The notes below the pieces were generated by a model. It worked only from the letters and a program-made list of their open reading frames with translations. It was not told the DNA's origin and ran no database searches. The position numbers were made by a program, and so were the translations under genes. Below, piece by piece: positions 40,648 through 51,136 of a DNA stretch of 64,000 bases. This stretch comes from an uncultured delta proteobacterium. GTDB taxonomy: Bacteria > Desulfobacterota > Desulfobacteria > Desulfobacterales > B30-G6. The stretch spans positions 434,831 through 498,830 of the forward strand of contig CAWGLD010000005.1 in assembly GCA_963823335.1 (NCBI GenBank). The letters are read 5' to 3'. Position 1 is the first letter of the stretch. Every line of letters starts with the position of its first letter.

Positions 40648-41502
40648 ATGAGGTTGGGCAAAATTAACGATGCACTGGAAAAAAGCCGGCAACAACGCGA
40701 AACGACTGTTCACGGGACAAAGGGATCGGTGGTTGACTTTTACGAAAAAACCGGAAAGTCAAGCGAACATGAAAATGTTCCCAACACTATGATATTCAAT
40801 GCAAAAATAGACCAGAACCTTGTGACGCTTCTGAAGCCCCGTTCGATCGAATCTGAAATGTTCAAGATTCTGCGTGGCAATATCCTGTTTCCGGCCAGTG
40901 GAAAACCGCCACGGTCCATCCTGGTAACGAGCGCAGTTCCGGGAGAAGGGAAATCATTTGTGTCGACCAATCTGGCAGTCAGTATCGCCCAGAACATCAA
41001 TGAGCATGTATTTCTCATGGATTGCGATATCCGAAAACCCAGCGTGCATCGTGCCTTGGGGCTGGATGATAAGCCTGGGCTGGCCGAGTATTTATCTGAT
41101 GACCTGCCGCTGGAATCGCTCCTGGTGAGGACCCAGGTGAAAAAGCTGACCATATTGCCCGGCGGCAGACCTCCGCACAATCCGGCCGAACTGTTATCGT
41201 CCCAAAAGATGTCGGCATTGCTGAAAGAGGTCAGGGAGCGCTACGGGGATCGATATGTCATTATTGATTCACCGCCACCGCAGTTAACGGCCGAGACCAG
41301 TGCAATTGCCAGACAGGTTGACGGCATTATCATCGTCTTGAAATCCGGCAGCACACCCCGTGAGATGGTTATTGAACTTGTGGAGACCCTGGGAAAAGAA
41401 AAAATCATCGGATGCGTGATGAACTGGTTTGATCTGAGTTCCTCAACATATTACGGCTACGGAAAATACGGAAAGTACGGCAAATATTACAGCACCCAAT
41501 AG
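40648..41502 (+). CDS. BY-kinase (CpsD/CapB tyrosine autokinase)
   Basis: TSAVPGEGKS, DCDIRKP, IIDSPP, C-terminal Tyr cluster YYGYGKYGKYGKYY. Confidence 0.93.
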   Translation: MRLGKINDALEKSRQQRETTVHGTKGSVVDFYEKTGKSSEHENVPNTMIFNAKIDQNLVTLLKPRSIESEMFKILRGNILFPASGKPPRSILVTSAVPGEGKSFVSTNLAVSIAQNINEHVFLMDCDIRKPSVHRALGLDDKPGLAEYLSDDLPLESLLVRTQVKKLTILPGGRPPHNPAELLSSQKMSALLKEVRERYGDRYVIIDSPPPQLTAETSAIARQVDGIIIVLKSGSTPREMVIELVETLGKEKIIGCVMNWFDLSSSTYYGYGKYGKYGKYYSTQ

Positions 41503-41583
41503 GGCATATATTTAATTGTCTTGTGAATATTACGACTATCAATAATACCAATAATTATTGTTTGGCATGAAAAAAATAAGAAT

Positions 41584-41654
41584 ATGCCCGAAGGGTATGA
41601 TGAATGATCATCGATCAGGTCGATCGATGATTGTCTGCGTATGTCTGCGGCAAA
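41584..41654. repeat. CACAGAC-unit element, right arm only (copy a)
   Basis: ATGCCC-GAA-GGGTAT...ATCATCGATC-AGGTC-GATCGATGAT.TGTCTGCGTATGTCTGCGGCAAA. Confidence 0.85.
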
Positions 41655-41662
41655 ATAAATAG

Positions 41663-41734
41663 AACTCAATGAACCCAACAAACTCAATAAACCCAACAAA
41701 CTAAACAAACCCAATGAACCCAATAAACTCAAAA
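41663..41734 (+). repeat. 9-bp tandem repeat x8 (AACYCAAYR) overlapping the sat-cysC start
   Basis: AACTCAATG AACCCAACA AACTCAATA AACCCAACA AACTAAACA AACCCAATG AACCCAATA AACTCAAAA. Confidence 0.9.
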
Positions 41735-43435
41735 AACCAGACCCCCCACGGTGGTAAACTCATCAACCTGCTTGTGGACCACCCACGTGCCACCAAGCTC
41801 AAAGAAGTGGCACAGAGTTTGCCGGATATTATTCTGAACGATCGCCAGCTGTGCGATCTCGAGATGCTGGCAACAGGCGCATTCAGCCCGCTGACAGGGT
41901 TCATGTGCCGGACAGACTACGAGTCTGTTCTGGACCGCATGCGTCTACAAGACAACACCTTATGGCCTATACCCATCTGCCTGGATATTTCGGAGACCAA
42001 GGCCGGCACCCTGGAAGTCGGCCAGTCCGTTTCCCTGCGGGATCCCGAAGGCTTTCTGCTGGCGATCCTGCACATCGAGGACATGTGGCCGGTGGAAAAG
42101 GAAAAGGAAGCTACGCTTGTGTACGGCACGCTGGACAGCAGGCACGACGGTGTGGGGCATGTTTTCAATACGACCAAAACCTGTTATGTGGGTGGGCGGA
42201 TCGACGTCTTGAGCCTGCCGATCCATTCGGATTTCAATCAGCTGCGCTTGACACCTGTGGAGATACGGCAACTATTTGAAAAGCTCAACTGGCAGAGGGT
42301 CGTCTGCTTTCAGACAAGAAACCCTATTCATCGTCCCCACTTTGAAATGACCATTCGGGCCATGCGGCATGCCAAGGCCAACATCCTGATTCACCCCGTG
42401 GTGGGTATGACCAAAACCGGCGATTTTGATCATTTCACCCGGGTTCGGTGTTACCGTTCCATTGCCGACCATTATCCACCCAACAGTTGGATGCTGAATC
42501 TGCTACCGTTTGCCATGCGACTGGCGGGTCCCCGGGAGGCTCTCCTCGATACCATTATCGCAAAAAATTACGGCTGCACCCATTTTATCGTGGGAAGAGG
42601 ACACGCCAGCCCGGGGAACGATGGTAATGGAGAACTGTTCTACGAAAAAAACGAAGCCCAGAAGCTTGCCGAAGCATTCAGCCAGGAAATCGGTATGAGC
42701 ATCGTGCCCTTTGAAGAACTGGTGTACCTGCCTTTCGAAGACGAATACAAGACGGTGGATCAGGTGCCCGAAGGCGCCCAAACAATCTCACTTTCCGGCA
42801 GCGACATCCGCCAGCGTATCCGCAGTGGCAAAAAAATACCGGACTGGGCCACGTTCCCGGAAGTCATGGCCGAACTTCAAAAGGCCTATCCACCCCCCAA
42901 AAAACAGGGGGTCACCATTTTCATGACCGGACTTTCCGGCTCTGGAAAATCGACCATCGCCAAGGTGCTTTATGCAAGATTCCAGGAGATCGGCGAACGA
43001 CCGGTGACGCTTTTGGACGGGGATATTGTGCGTCGCAACCTTTCCAGTCAACTGAGTTTTTCAAAGGAAGACCGGGATACCAACGTGCGACGCATCGGAT
43101 TTGTGGCCAGTGAAATTACCAAAAACAGGGGCATCGCCATCTGCGCTCCCATTGCGCCCTACACGGCCACAAGACAGGAGATCAGGAAAATCATTGAAGA
43201 ATACGGGGGCTTTATCGAAGTGCATGTGGCAACACCTCTCGAAGAGTGCGAAAAACGGGACCGCAAAGGCATGTATGCCAAAGCCAGGGCAGGCTTGATC
43301 AAAGGGTTCACAGGTGTCGACGACCCCTATGAGGTTCCTGAATCGCCCGAAGTAAAAATCGACACCACCCACATTACCCCCGAAGAAGCCGCCCAGGAAG
43401 TGCTGCTGTATCTGGGACATAAGGGATATATTTAG
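41714..43435 (+). CDS. sat-cysC: Bifunctional sulfate adenylyltransferase / adenylylsulfate kinase
   Basis: PHGGKL, FQTRNPIHRPH, GPREA, NYGCTHFIVGR; TGLSGSGKST, LLDGD, FTGVDDPYE. Confidence 0.93.
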   Translation: MNPINSKNQTPHGGKLINLLVDHPRATKLKEVAQSLPDIILNDRQLCDLEMLATGAFSPLTGFMCRTDYESVLDRMRLQDNTLWPIPICLDISETKAGTLEVGQSVSLRDPEGFLLAILHIEDMWPVEKEKEATLVYGTLDSRHDGVGHVFNTTKTCYVGGRIDVLSLPIHSDFNQLRLTPVEIRQLFEKLNWQRVVCFQTRNPIHRPHFEMTIRAMRHAKANILIHPVVGMTKTGDFDHFTRVRCYRSIADHYPPNSWMLNLLPFAMRLAGPREALLDTIIAKNYGCTHFIVGRGHASPGNDGNGELFYEKNEAQKLAEAFSQEIGMSIVPFEELVYLPFEDEYKTVDQVPEGAQTISLSGSDIRQRIRSGKKIPDWATFPEVMAELQKAYPPPKKQGVTIFMTGLSGSGKSTIAKVLYARFQEIGERPVTLLDGDIVRRNLSSQLSFSKEDRDTNVRRIGFVASEITKNRGIAICAPIAPYTATRQEIRKIIEEYGGFIEVHVATPLEECEKRDRKGMYAKARAGLIKGFTGVDDPYEVPESPEVKIDTTHITPEEAAQEVLLYLGHKGYI

Positions 43436-43509
43436 ATCAATTTTTAATTTTGAGTTTTTAATTTTGAATTGCGGTAGGAGATTGGTGATAGTCTGTATTT
43501 TAATATCTT

Positions 43510-43771
43510 TTAGCCACAGACCCACACAGACATTCACAGACATTTTATTTTTCTCTTCGATCGACTTGATCGAAGAGAACCAATCACTCTATCGCGAAAT
43601 TTAACAAGTCTATGATTCGAGAAACATCAAACTTGCCAGAATGTTATATTGGAATGATCAATAGATAAAAATGCCCGAAGGGCATGATGATTAATCATCG
43701 ATCAAGTCGATCGATGATTGTCTGTGTCAGTCCGTGTGCTCAGGGGGTAAAAGAATGTAATCTGTGGCTAA
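43510..43771. repeat. CACAGAC-unit inverted-arm element (copy b, complete)
   Basis: TTAGCCACAGAC...GACTT-loop hairpin...TGCCC-GAA-GGGCA...AAGTC-loop hairpin...TCTGTGGCTAA. Confidence 0.9.
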
Positions 43772-43786
43772 TAAAAAGGAAAACCA

Positions 43787-44366
43787 ATGAAAAAATACTT
43801 CACCTATATAACCATATTCCTTGCTGTCAGTTTCATCTTTGTCAACACGCACCCGTGTCTTCGCCCAGGAGGAAGCCAAGGACACCTACCTCATCGGCAG
43901 TGGTGACATCCTCGAAATCACCACCTGGAAAGAAGTCGATTTTACCCGGGAGGAAATTCTCGTGCGTCTGGATGGTATGATTACTTTCCCGTTAATAAAT
44001 GACATCCTGGCCAAGGGCCGAACTTCCATGCAGGTAAAGCAGGATATCGAGGAGAAGCTCAAAGATTACGTTGAAAGCCCCATTGTAACGGTTACCGTGC
44101 GGACATCCGGCAGCAAGCGTTTTTACATCCTGGGAGAGGTCGTCAACACCGGTGAATACCCGCTTGTAAAGGGTTTGACGGTTCTGCAGGCCTTTGCTCT
44201 GGCCGGTGGTTTCACCGAGTGGGCTTCTAAAAAAGAAATCATCCTCATGCGTAACGAAGACGGCCAGGAAAAGATATTCCGTGTCAATTACAAGGACATC
44301 ATCAAAGGCAAAGACACCAGTCAGAACATCAAAATTCAGCCCGACGACACCATAATCGTGCCGTAG
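43787..44366 (+). CDS. Polysaccharide export protein (Wza/Poly_export-SLBB); signal peptide out of frame (indel near 43850)
   Basis: YLIGSGDILEI, VRLDGMITFPLI, GEVVNTG, ALAGGFT, QPDDTIIVP. ATG 43787 after AAAGGA encodes MKKYFTYITIFLAVSFIF in a different frame. Confidence 0.85.
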
Positions 44367-44398
44367 GGTAGGTTATGAAGCATAATGATCTTCTATAT

Positions 44399-44673
44399 TT
44401 AGCCACGAGCAGGATATACAGAAATTTATATTTATTTATTCGAGGACTTGATCGAATAAAAACAATCATCGCTTCGCGAAAGCAAACCAAGATTCTAATA
44501 AACCTATGATTGTAGAAACATCAAATTTGTCGGAGAATTTTCTTGAAATGATAAAAGATTTTAAGTTGCCCAAAGGGCATGAGATTTAATCATCGATCAG
44601 GTCGATCGATGATTGTCTGTGTCGGTCCGTGTACCCCTCAAGGGGGTAGTATACAGAATGTGTCTGTGGCTAA
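44399..44673. repeat. CACAGAC-unit element (copy c, left arm degenerate)
   Basis: TTAGCCAC...CGCTTCGCG...TGCCC-AAA-GGGCA...AGGTC-loop hairpin...GTCTGTGGCTAA. Confidence 0.85.
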
Positions 44674-44708
44674 ATATAAAGAACTTGAGCTTTTGTGGTG
44701 AAAAAAAC

Positions 44709-46026
44709 ATGAACTGTAAATCGATCTTTTTTGTCTTGCTCTTCCTGATAATATTATTGCCGATATCGTATTCGGCTGCATATCAGGTAACGTTTCAACC
44801 TCGCTTGACCTTAAGAACCGAATACACGGACAACCTTGAAAGGGAAAACAATAACGAGAAGGATGACATCATCACCACCGTGTCTCCGGGCTTTACCCTT
44901 TCCGCTTTCGGACAAACACAGGGCCTCAACCTGGCTTACGACCCGGCCTATGCCTGGTACCGGGATAATTCGAAATATAACTCACCGCGGCACACAGTCA
45001 ACCTGGGTATCTGGAAACAGGCCACCCGCAACACCCGGCTCTACATCAATGACGCTTTCTTCTACACCGAAGACCCCGGGGTGGAAGATTTCAACACCGA
45101 TGCCGAAGACCGGCGGGGTCGGGAACCCTACTACACGAACACCGCCACCGTGGGCATGACCAACCAGTTCGGGCCATCGGATGTTGTTACCCTGGAGTTC
45201 AACCGCCGGGCCTTGGTAAATGACGACGACACCCAGGATGACTCCTTTGAAAACAATCCCACGGCCTCGCTGACCTACTACCCCTTTCGAAACTTTGGAA
45301 CGGAAACGAACGTTTCTTTCAGTCAGACCGATTTTGACAACAACGATAAAAACGTTCAGCCGGCGGATGATTTTGAAAATTACTTTGGCTCGATTCGCCT
45401 GATCCAACGCCTGTCGCGAACGTTCAGCACGTTCGTGGGTTACAGCTATACACTCATGGATTATGTGGATAATGAAGACGCAAACTATGAACTGCACTAC
45501 CCCAACATCGGTTTTTCCTATGAAAGGGAAGATATCGCGAACATCAATGTCAGTGCAGGCTACCTGATAATAGACCGTGAAAAGGAAACCGAGGGTTTGG
45601 AAGATGATAAGCGCTTGCAGGTCAATGGCAGATATCAGCAGGGTCTGGCAATTTCGTACAGCTTCCTTAAGCGTCACGGGTGCCAGCGGTTACGATCAGC
45701 CTTCCTTTGACCAGGATGATTTGGGTTTGCGCATTTATTATGACGCCACTGCTGTCTTCAATCACGAGTTCCTGCGGGACATCAGTTATGAAATAAACGG
45801 CGGTTATCGATTGGATCATTACATCGATATCAACCCGGAAAGAAAAGATAAAACAAGCACGGCAGGTGTCGGCCTCATATTCAGCCGTGTCGAATTTATG
45901 ACCACCAGAATCGACTATGCTTACCGAAATGTGACCTCCGACGAGACAGAAGAAGAATACACCGAAAATCGCGTTTCCTTCACCATTATCCTGACACCCC
46001 GTAATCCGATTTATCTGAAACGATAA
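44709..46026 (+). CDS. EPS-associated outer-membrane beta-barrel protein, frameshifted near 45630
   Basis: Signal peptide, PRLTLRTEYTDN, DDIITTVSPG, C-terminal YTENRVSFTI; split over ORFs ending at 45710 and 46026. Confidence 0.75.
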
Positions 46027-46089
46027 ATAGGATAAAATTTAAGGGTCTTGGACTAGAGACAGAGCATAAATAGTTAGCCTAGAGCTCTT

Positions 46090-47430
46090 GTCTGATGGAT
46101 AGCGTGGCAATAATAGCCTTGTATATCTGGTTTTAAAAAGCATTATCGTGTTAACCAATGGAGCCGATCAATTTGCGCATGGTAAAAGTCACATTAACGG
46201 TATTGAATCGTTTTGGGCCTTTGCCAAAGGTAGGCTAACCGAGTTCCGCTGGAATTGGTGATTCTACTGTTCTATTTACATTTAAAAGAATACGGACCTA
46301 TAAACAATAAAAAGGCTAAACAGCTGTTCTTACGTACAGGCGAAAGTAAAAAAGCTACAATTCTGAGTTCGACGTATCTGTCTTCCGCCAGCAAAAGACA
46401 ATAATGCATGAAATATCTCAATGGTCGGTTTGGGTTTCATGATTACTTTGTTTTTACCTTTTTTCTTAATAGTTCGTGCGGGAACTCTATGTTCCCAGCG
46501 AAACTCAAATTCATGCAAATATCGATGCAAGTGGCTCTGGCTTAGATAATGGAAGACACCTTGCTTTGCACGTTCAAGGAGAGCACCAAAAGATTCGGCT
46601 GTATTGATATGTACCGAGTCTCTTACATATTCTTTTTGGCCGTGTGATACTGTTAAATGTGATGCATGTTGTTGACCGATCTTTCGATACGACAGATGAC
46701 CGTCAGTCATCAAATTTGAATCGGTATCAATCCACATTTCAGTCACCGGCTGGATTTGATCGATACTATCATTAACAATTGGAACGGCCCGTACCGAGCC
46801 ATTTCGCTCTGCGGCTACCAGTACTCATTGTTTTTGAGTACCTCGACCGCGTTTATGAGTCAAACCTTGTTGGTAGCGGGGTTTACCCCCAAAATAGGTT
46901 TCGTCTACTTCGACGATACCGCTTAACTTACGAACCTGGTCGGGTGCCATCATGGTTCGAATGGCATGCCCCATCCTCCATGCGGTCGGCTGGGAGACAC
47001 CGATCCATCTGGATAGCACAACCGAGGAGATACCCTTGCTGGAGCAGACGATGTAATAAATGGCCTGCAACCATTTCCACAAAGGCAGTTTGGTACTATG
47101 AAGCGGCGTGTGTGTCGTAACCGTGAAATGGCTTTTACATCGGGCACATTCGTATAGCCCCTGGCGTACGGATTGTCCTTGTAAATGATAGGACTTTTCA
47201 CATTTACAATGTGGGCAAACACGTCCGTCAGCCCAGATGATGGATTCGAAAAATTGGCGACATGCTGCTTCATTTGGTAATTGTTTTCTAAGTTGGTCAA
47301 TGTTCATCGCTTACCTCCTTGTGGTTTGGAGGAAAGCATATCAGATGCGTTTGACAGATACGGTCACAACTATCCTACTTTTTGTTTGTAGGTCCGAAAG
47401 AATATGAGTTTAGGTTTAATCACCGCAAAA
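46090..47430 (+). pseudogene. Older IS1595-family transposase remnant, interrupted by a second IS
   Basis: KKHYRVN...SHINGIESFWAFAKGRL...FYLHLKE left of 46292 resumes as (KEY)EFRFNHR right of 47397. Confidence 0.75.
46293..47396 (-). mobile_element. IS1595-family element (1104 bp) with 8-bp TSD; transposase has one in-frame TGA
   Basis: TIRs CGGACCTATAAACA / TGTTTGTAGGTCCG; AAAGAATA at 46285-46292 and 47397-47404. Zn ribbon CPHC..CARC, VEVDETY, MTDG, HINTAES, YLHEFEFRW; ORFs 47307-46825 and 46746-46330 are in frame. Confidence 0.92.
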
Positions 47431-47559
47431 AGGAATAAATGCCATCATCTCTGGCGCTTCCTCCCAGGCGACCTTACGCATCAAGTTGGGGCTGTGAAGG
47501 GTTGGAATAACCGACGAGGTTCAATCGTGGCATCTGTCGAATACCCCCTTGATCACCGA

Positions 47560-47730
47560 TGTTAAAGGTCGAAGCTTCTGGAAGAAGCATCAATCGAATC
47601 GGGTCCGTCCTGAAATGTTCAACACGGATTCTAGATGCTCAGTTCACGAGTAGGTGCATTCACCGATGTTTCGACCAATGTCATAACCTCAAAATCAGCA
47701 CGGACGGTCGAGGCCGGGTTGAGGTCTCTA
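47560..47730 (+). pseudogene. IS3-family integrase-core fragment
   Basis: Mosaic of frames gives FNTD..AQFTS..FT....KISTDGRGR, resembling the IS3 NTDQGSQFTS...ISMDGKGR motif. Confidence 0.55.
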
Positions 47731-48033
47731 CCTTCATTTAACTACTCACCACATGAGTAATGCGGCAGCAGTTCCATTGCAAGCGCACTACCTACTTAAT
47801 ATGTAACTACGGCGTTGCTATCACAATGATTAAGTAGTTTTTCTCCCAATCTATATCTCTTATTATTCATACCCTGTTTTTAGATAGCTGTAATTATTCA
47901 CAATATATTCTTTTCACACGCTGCACGCTTAATTGTCATCCAATTTCACAGTGTCTATAAGCCCCATATGACTTCGGTGTCGCAATGATATGTGTTTGTC
48001 AATGCTAACTGACATCAGTGAAAATGAGGAAAA

Positions 48034-48664
48034 ATGAATAAGCTAGGCATTTTAACGAAGTGTGTTTTTATTAATTGCAGGGATTGCAGGACACTGCTGC
48101 CGCATTACCAATACTCCTAACTATAATTAGAACGGCAGCAAGCGTTGCTTTGTAGGATGTGAACGAATTATGGTATTGACTTAGCGCAAACATGACTCAT
48201 ATCTGGTCGGACGCCGTCCCTCCTTGAGGCGTACACCTTCTCTTTTGTTATTAGATGAAGGGGACAGTGATACACTTGACTAGATAGACTTTACCCGTTC
48301 GCCAACCTAGTTATGTTGGATAGGATGGATACGCTAGAGTTGAGGCAATTAGGCCTTTATTCGAACCTCCAGGTTGCTGATCGTTGATTGGGACTTGGGA
48401 AGCATATTATGGTCATATTTTTGAGACATTTAAAGCCAGTAGTTTGCCATTGGCTGCCTGTTTCCTCGTCATCTATCTTGCTGATGAGCTGCCACTTTGA
48501 TGTATCGTCCCATGCTACGCTGCAGTTAGGTTTAATATATGTGTGACACTACCATTACATCTAAAGTAACCTTTGGCGTTCCCGAACCAGCATCCATGTT
48601 TCTCCTGGTACTGGTCCCACCTGGTTTGGCAGTAATTGGCAGAAAAAAGTTATTCAAAAAATAA
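48034..48664 (+). pseudogene. Disrupted PEP-CTERM protein gene
   Basis: Signal-like start MNKLGILTKCVF after GAGG; near 48578 VPEPASMFLL..., then in a shifted frame GLAVIGRKKLFKK-stop; no continuous ORF. Confidence 0.6.
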
Positions 48665-48708
48665 TAAAATCGTTCAATCGGTTTTATTGATCGTGACTTT
48701 GTCATTCT

Positions 48709-48743
48709 TAAAGAACCCGCTCTACAAAGAGCGGGTTCTTTTT
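48709..48743 (+). terminator. Rho-independent terminator (potentially bidirectional)
   Basis: AAAGAACCCGCTCT-ACAA-AGAGCGGGTTCTTTTT. Confidence 0.85.
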
Positions 48744-48957
48744 GCAAAAAATCCGCTAACTGAAAATTCATAAATGATAATTTTCCGCAGATCTTACCTC
48801 CCAAATATAACCCAAACCGTTTTGCACAACAATTAATAATTCACTTCTGTTAAAATTAATCAAATTTACAAAGTGCCCTTAATGTTTCCCCGACTCTGAT
48901 TTGCCTATGTGACCTATCAGCTCCGAGCTAACAACGACTTCTCACTTTTCCGCATAA

Positions 48958-48972
48958 TGGTACTATAATTGC
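48958..48972 (+). promoter_or_regulatory. Sigma54 -24/-12 promoter of the PEP-CTERM gene
   Basis: TGGTAC-TATAA-TTGC. Confidence 0.7.
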
Positions 48973-49035
48973 GATATACTCATAACAGCTGAAGCGCAAA
49001 GATTGTTGTCAAATATTAAAAATGTAGAGCAAAAC

Positions 49036-49748
49036 ATGAATAAATGCCTAAAAGTTCCGATGATACTTTTTTTGTCTTTATTTTTATTGTCGGGTATATC
49101 GATGGCCACAACTTATACTATCGACGACGTGTATAACGACATTTCCAGGCAGTTGGTTAACCGGTCTTGCGGGCTAGTGACCACAATGGCGTACCCTGAC
49201 ATTGATAGCGCCAGCATCACGGTTGCTGAAGGCGACTATATCACACAGATACAGATCATTGGCAGCCAATTTGACAATTCCATTTTCACGAGCACATATA
49301 CCTACTGGGATTCCCTCTTCATCAATACCAATGAGACGGATCTTCATAATCAGGTAGTGTTGCCGATGGAGCAGGTGGTCAGGTGTGGGACAATTGGGAT
49401 TATTATGTGACCACGCTGAGTGGATCTGCAGCAGGATACAGTGTACCTGTTACTGGCTGGAATTACACCCTTGCCAGTCTGCCAAACTATCGTGATCCGC
49501 ACCCCAATGGATTGACAGGGTACGGTAGCAATGGCCTGGTTGTCGGCTATGCATTGACAGGAAGTGGCGTCACATACGTTTTCACAAACGGCGGCTCATC
49601 AGGGATTGCTTATACAGACGGCATTATTTTCGGGTATACGCCTTTCTGTGCGAATGAGGTGTTTCTTGGCTCCGTACCTGAGCCGTCCAACATTTTCTTG
49701 ATAGGAACGGGGTTGTTATGGCTGGTTGCGGTAGGTGTAGGGCGATAA
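49036..49748 (+). CDS. PEP-CTERM sorting-domain protein, frameshifted
   Basis: Signal peptide in ORF 49003..49410; ORF 49383..49748 ends TPFCANEV..SVPEPSNIFLIGTGLLWLVAVGVGR. Confidence 0.8.
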
Positions 49749-49940
49749 GCGCTATTTCAAAATAAAAACGTGCTTTGCAGGTTTTTATGGAGTTCGCGCT
49801 TTGCCACTTTAAAATATCATTCTGAAAAAACCATGCTTCCTGCGTTATCGGGTGACGTGGGTTGCCTCTCAATAAAACGTCTGCTCTTTATTGTCAAGAG
49901 TGGGCGTTTTATTTGGGTTCCTGGTGCACGAAGAGAATTT

Positions 49941-50297
49941 TTAGCCGCAGACGTTCGCAGACAATTACATACATTTCTTCGGACGACTTTGTCCGAAGAA
50001 AAACAATCTTCGCTATCGCGAAATATTCATACCTCATTATAAATGGTATTATTGTATACTCCGGCAACAAAAAATACCAACCTCGTCAGGCCGGGCTTGA
50101 TCCGGCATCCAGCCTTTTTCTATATTCCTGCCTTCGCAGGAATGACAACCGTTGGGATGTTTAATTGCCACATTAATAACATTTCAAAGAGCTGTAATGG
50201 ATGAGTAGAATTGTAATATATATGATGAATGATAAAGTGCCCGTAGGGCATTGAAGTGAAACTTCGACCATATCGGTCGAAGATTGTCTGCGGCAAA
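49941..50297. repeat. C(G)CAGAC-unit element (copy d) with a nested REP
   Basis: TTAGCCGCAGAC...TTCTTCGGAC-GACTTT-GTCCGAAGAA...TGCCC-GTA-GGGCA...CTTCGACC-ATATC-GGTCGAAG.TTGTCTGCGGCAAA. Confidence 0.85.
50085..50146. repeat. GTCA...GGAATGAC-type REP pair nested in copy d
   Basis: GTCAGGCCGGGCTTGATCCGGCATCCAG ... TTCCTGC-CTTC-GCAGGAA-TGAC. Confidence 0.7.
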
Positions 50298-50621
50298 AAG
50301 AAACACGAACCTTCAGCCAGTAACTATATCCCATAGAAATTAAAATTCAAAATTAAGAAATCAAAATTGATTGATAGCCTTCAGGCAGCTTATCAGCCAA
50401 CTCTTCGGTACTGATTGTGTAACATTATTCATATCTATGAAGTTTACCTTCTATGGCAGACGTATCTGGCGACGAAGGCGTAAAAAATAAATTGTGAAAC
50501 GATTATATGTCTGTATTTTTATGCCCAAATATGGTATAGAAATTAACAATTTGCATATATAGCCACAATATGTAGTGTTTTTACCTTTTGGGGTTACAAT
50601 TAATTTTGAAAAAAAATATGT

Positions 50622-50636
50622 TGGTATGTTAGTTGC
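50622..50636 (+). promoter_or_regulatory. Sigma54 -24/-12 promoter of the sugar-synthesis operon
   Basis: TGGTAT-GTTAG-TTGC. Confidence 0.65.
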
Positions 50637-50865
50637 TTTAGTTTAGGCTGAATTTGACGCTATCTCAGCAGTGTAATAGCAATCGCCAAAATCACACACT
50701 AATAAATAAAAAGTTATAATAACAGCATATTAAACGAATGTGTCAATGTAATTGACCAGGCGGAGCTGTGTGTGCGCTGCTCATTTTGTTCGCAGCGCAC
50801 ACAGGTCATAGCTGATAGCTCATAGGCTGTAGGAAATAAGCTGAGAGGAAAGAGGAGTAAAGGAC

Positions 50866-51012
50866 TTAGATTTTCCGAGATGAGTTTCGCATTCGTTGCT
50901 GCAAATATTAAAGAAGAAAACCTGGCTACAAGAAGAGCATTATAAAAGCCTGTACGATGATGCTACCGAAATTAATAAAATGATTTCTGGCTTAATCAAT
51001 TCAATCCAATAG
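50866..51012 (+). pseudogene. Four-helix-bundle protein C-terminal remnant
   Basis: LQEEHYKSLYDDATEINKMISGLINSIQ-stop parallels YLKDENYNHIEEECKIISGMLGSLIK of 53761..54120; bracketed by heptamer arrays. Confidence 0.65.
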
Positions 51013-51136
51013 TGAGACTTTTTATCCCCATGATTTTCAGCTCCTAAAAGCAGCAAACTCCTATGAGTTGATGCGCGCCAGCGCATCATTAAATTCTAAC
51101 ACCTAAATCCTATCAGCTATCAGCTATGAGCTGCGA

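Noticed and set aside
41714-43435. sat as the dissimilatory sulfate-reduction enzyme
   Set aside because: It is fused to APS kinase and embedded in an EPS operon with no aprAB/qmo neighbours, which fits PAPS supply.
46825-46827. In-frame TGA in the IS1595 transposase as selenocysteine
   Set aside because: Not a catalytic or metal-binding Cys motif and no convincing SECIS-like hairpin; a nonsense mutation is simpler.
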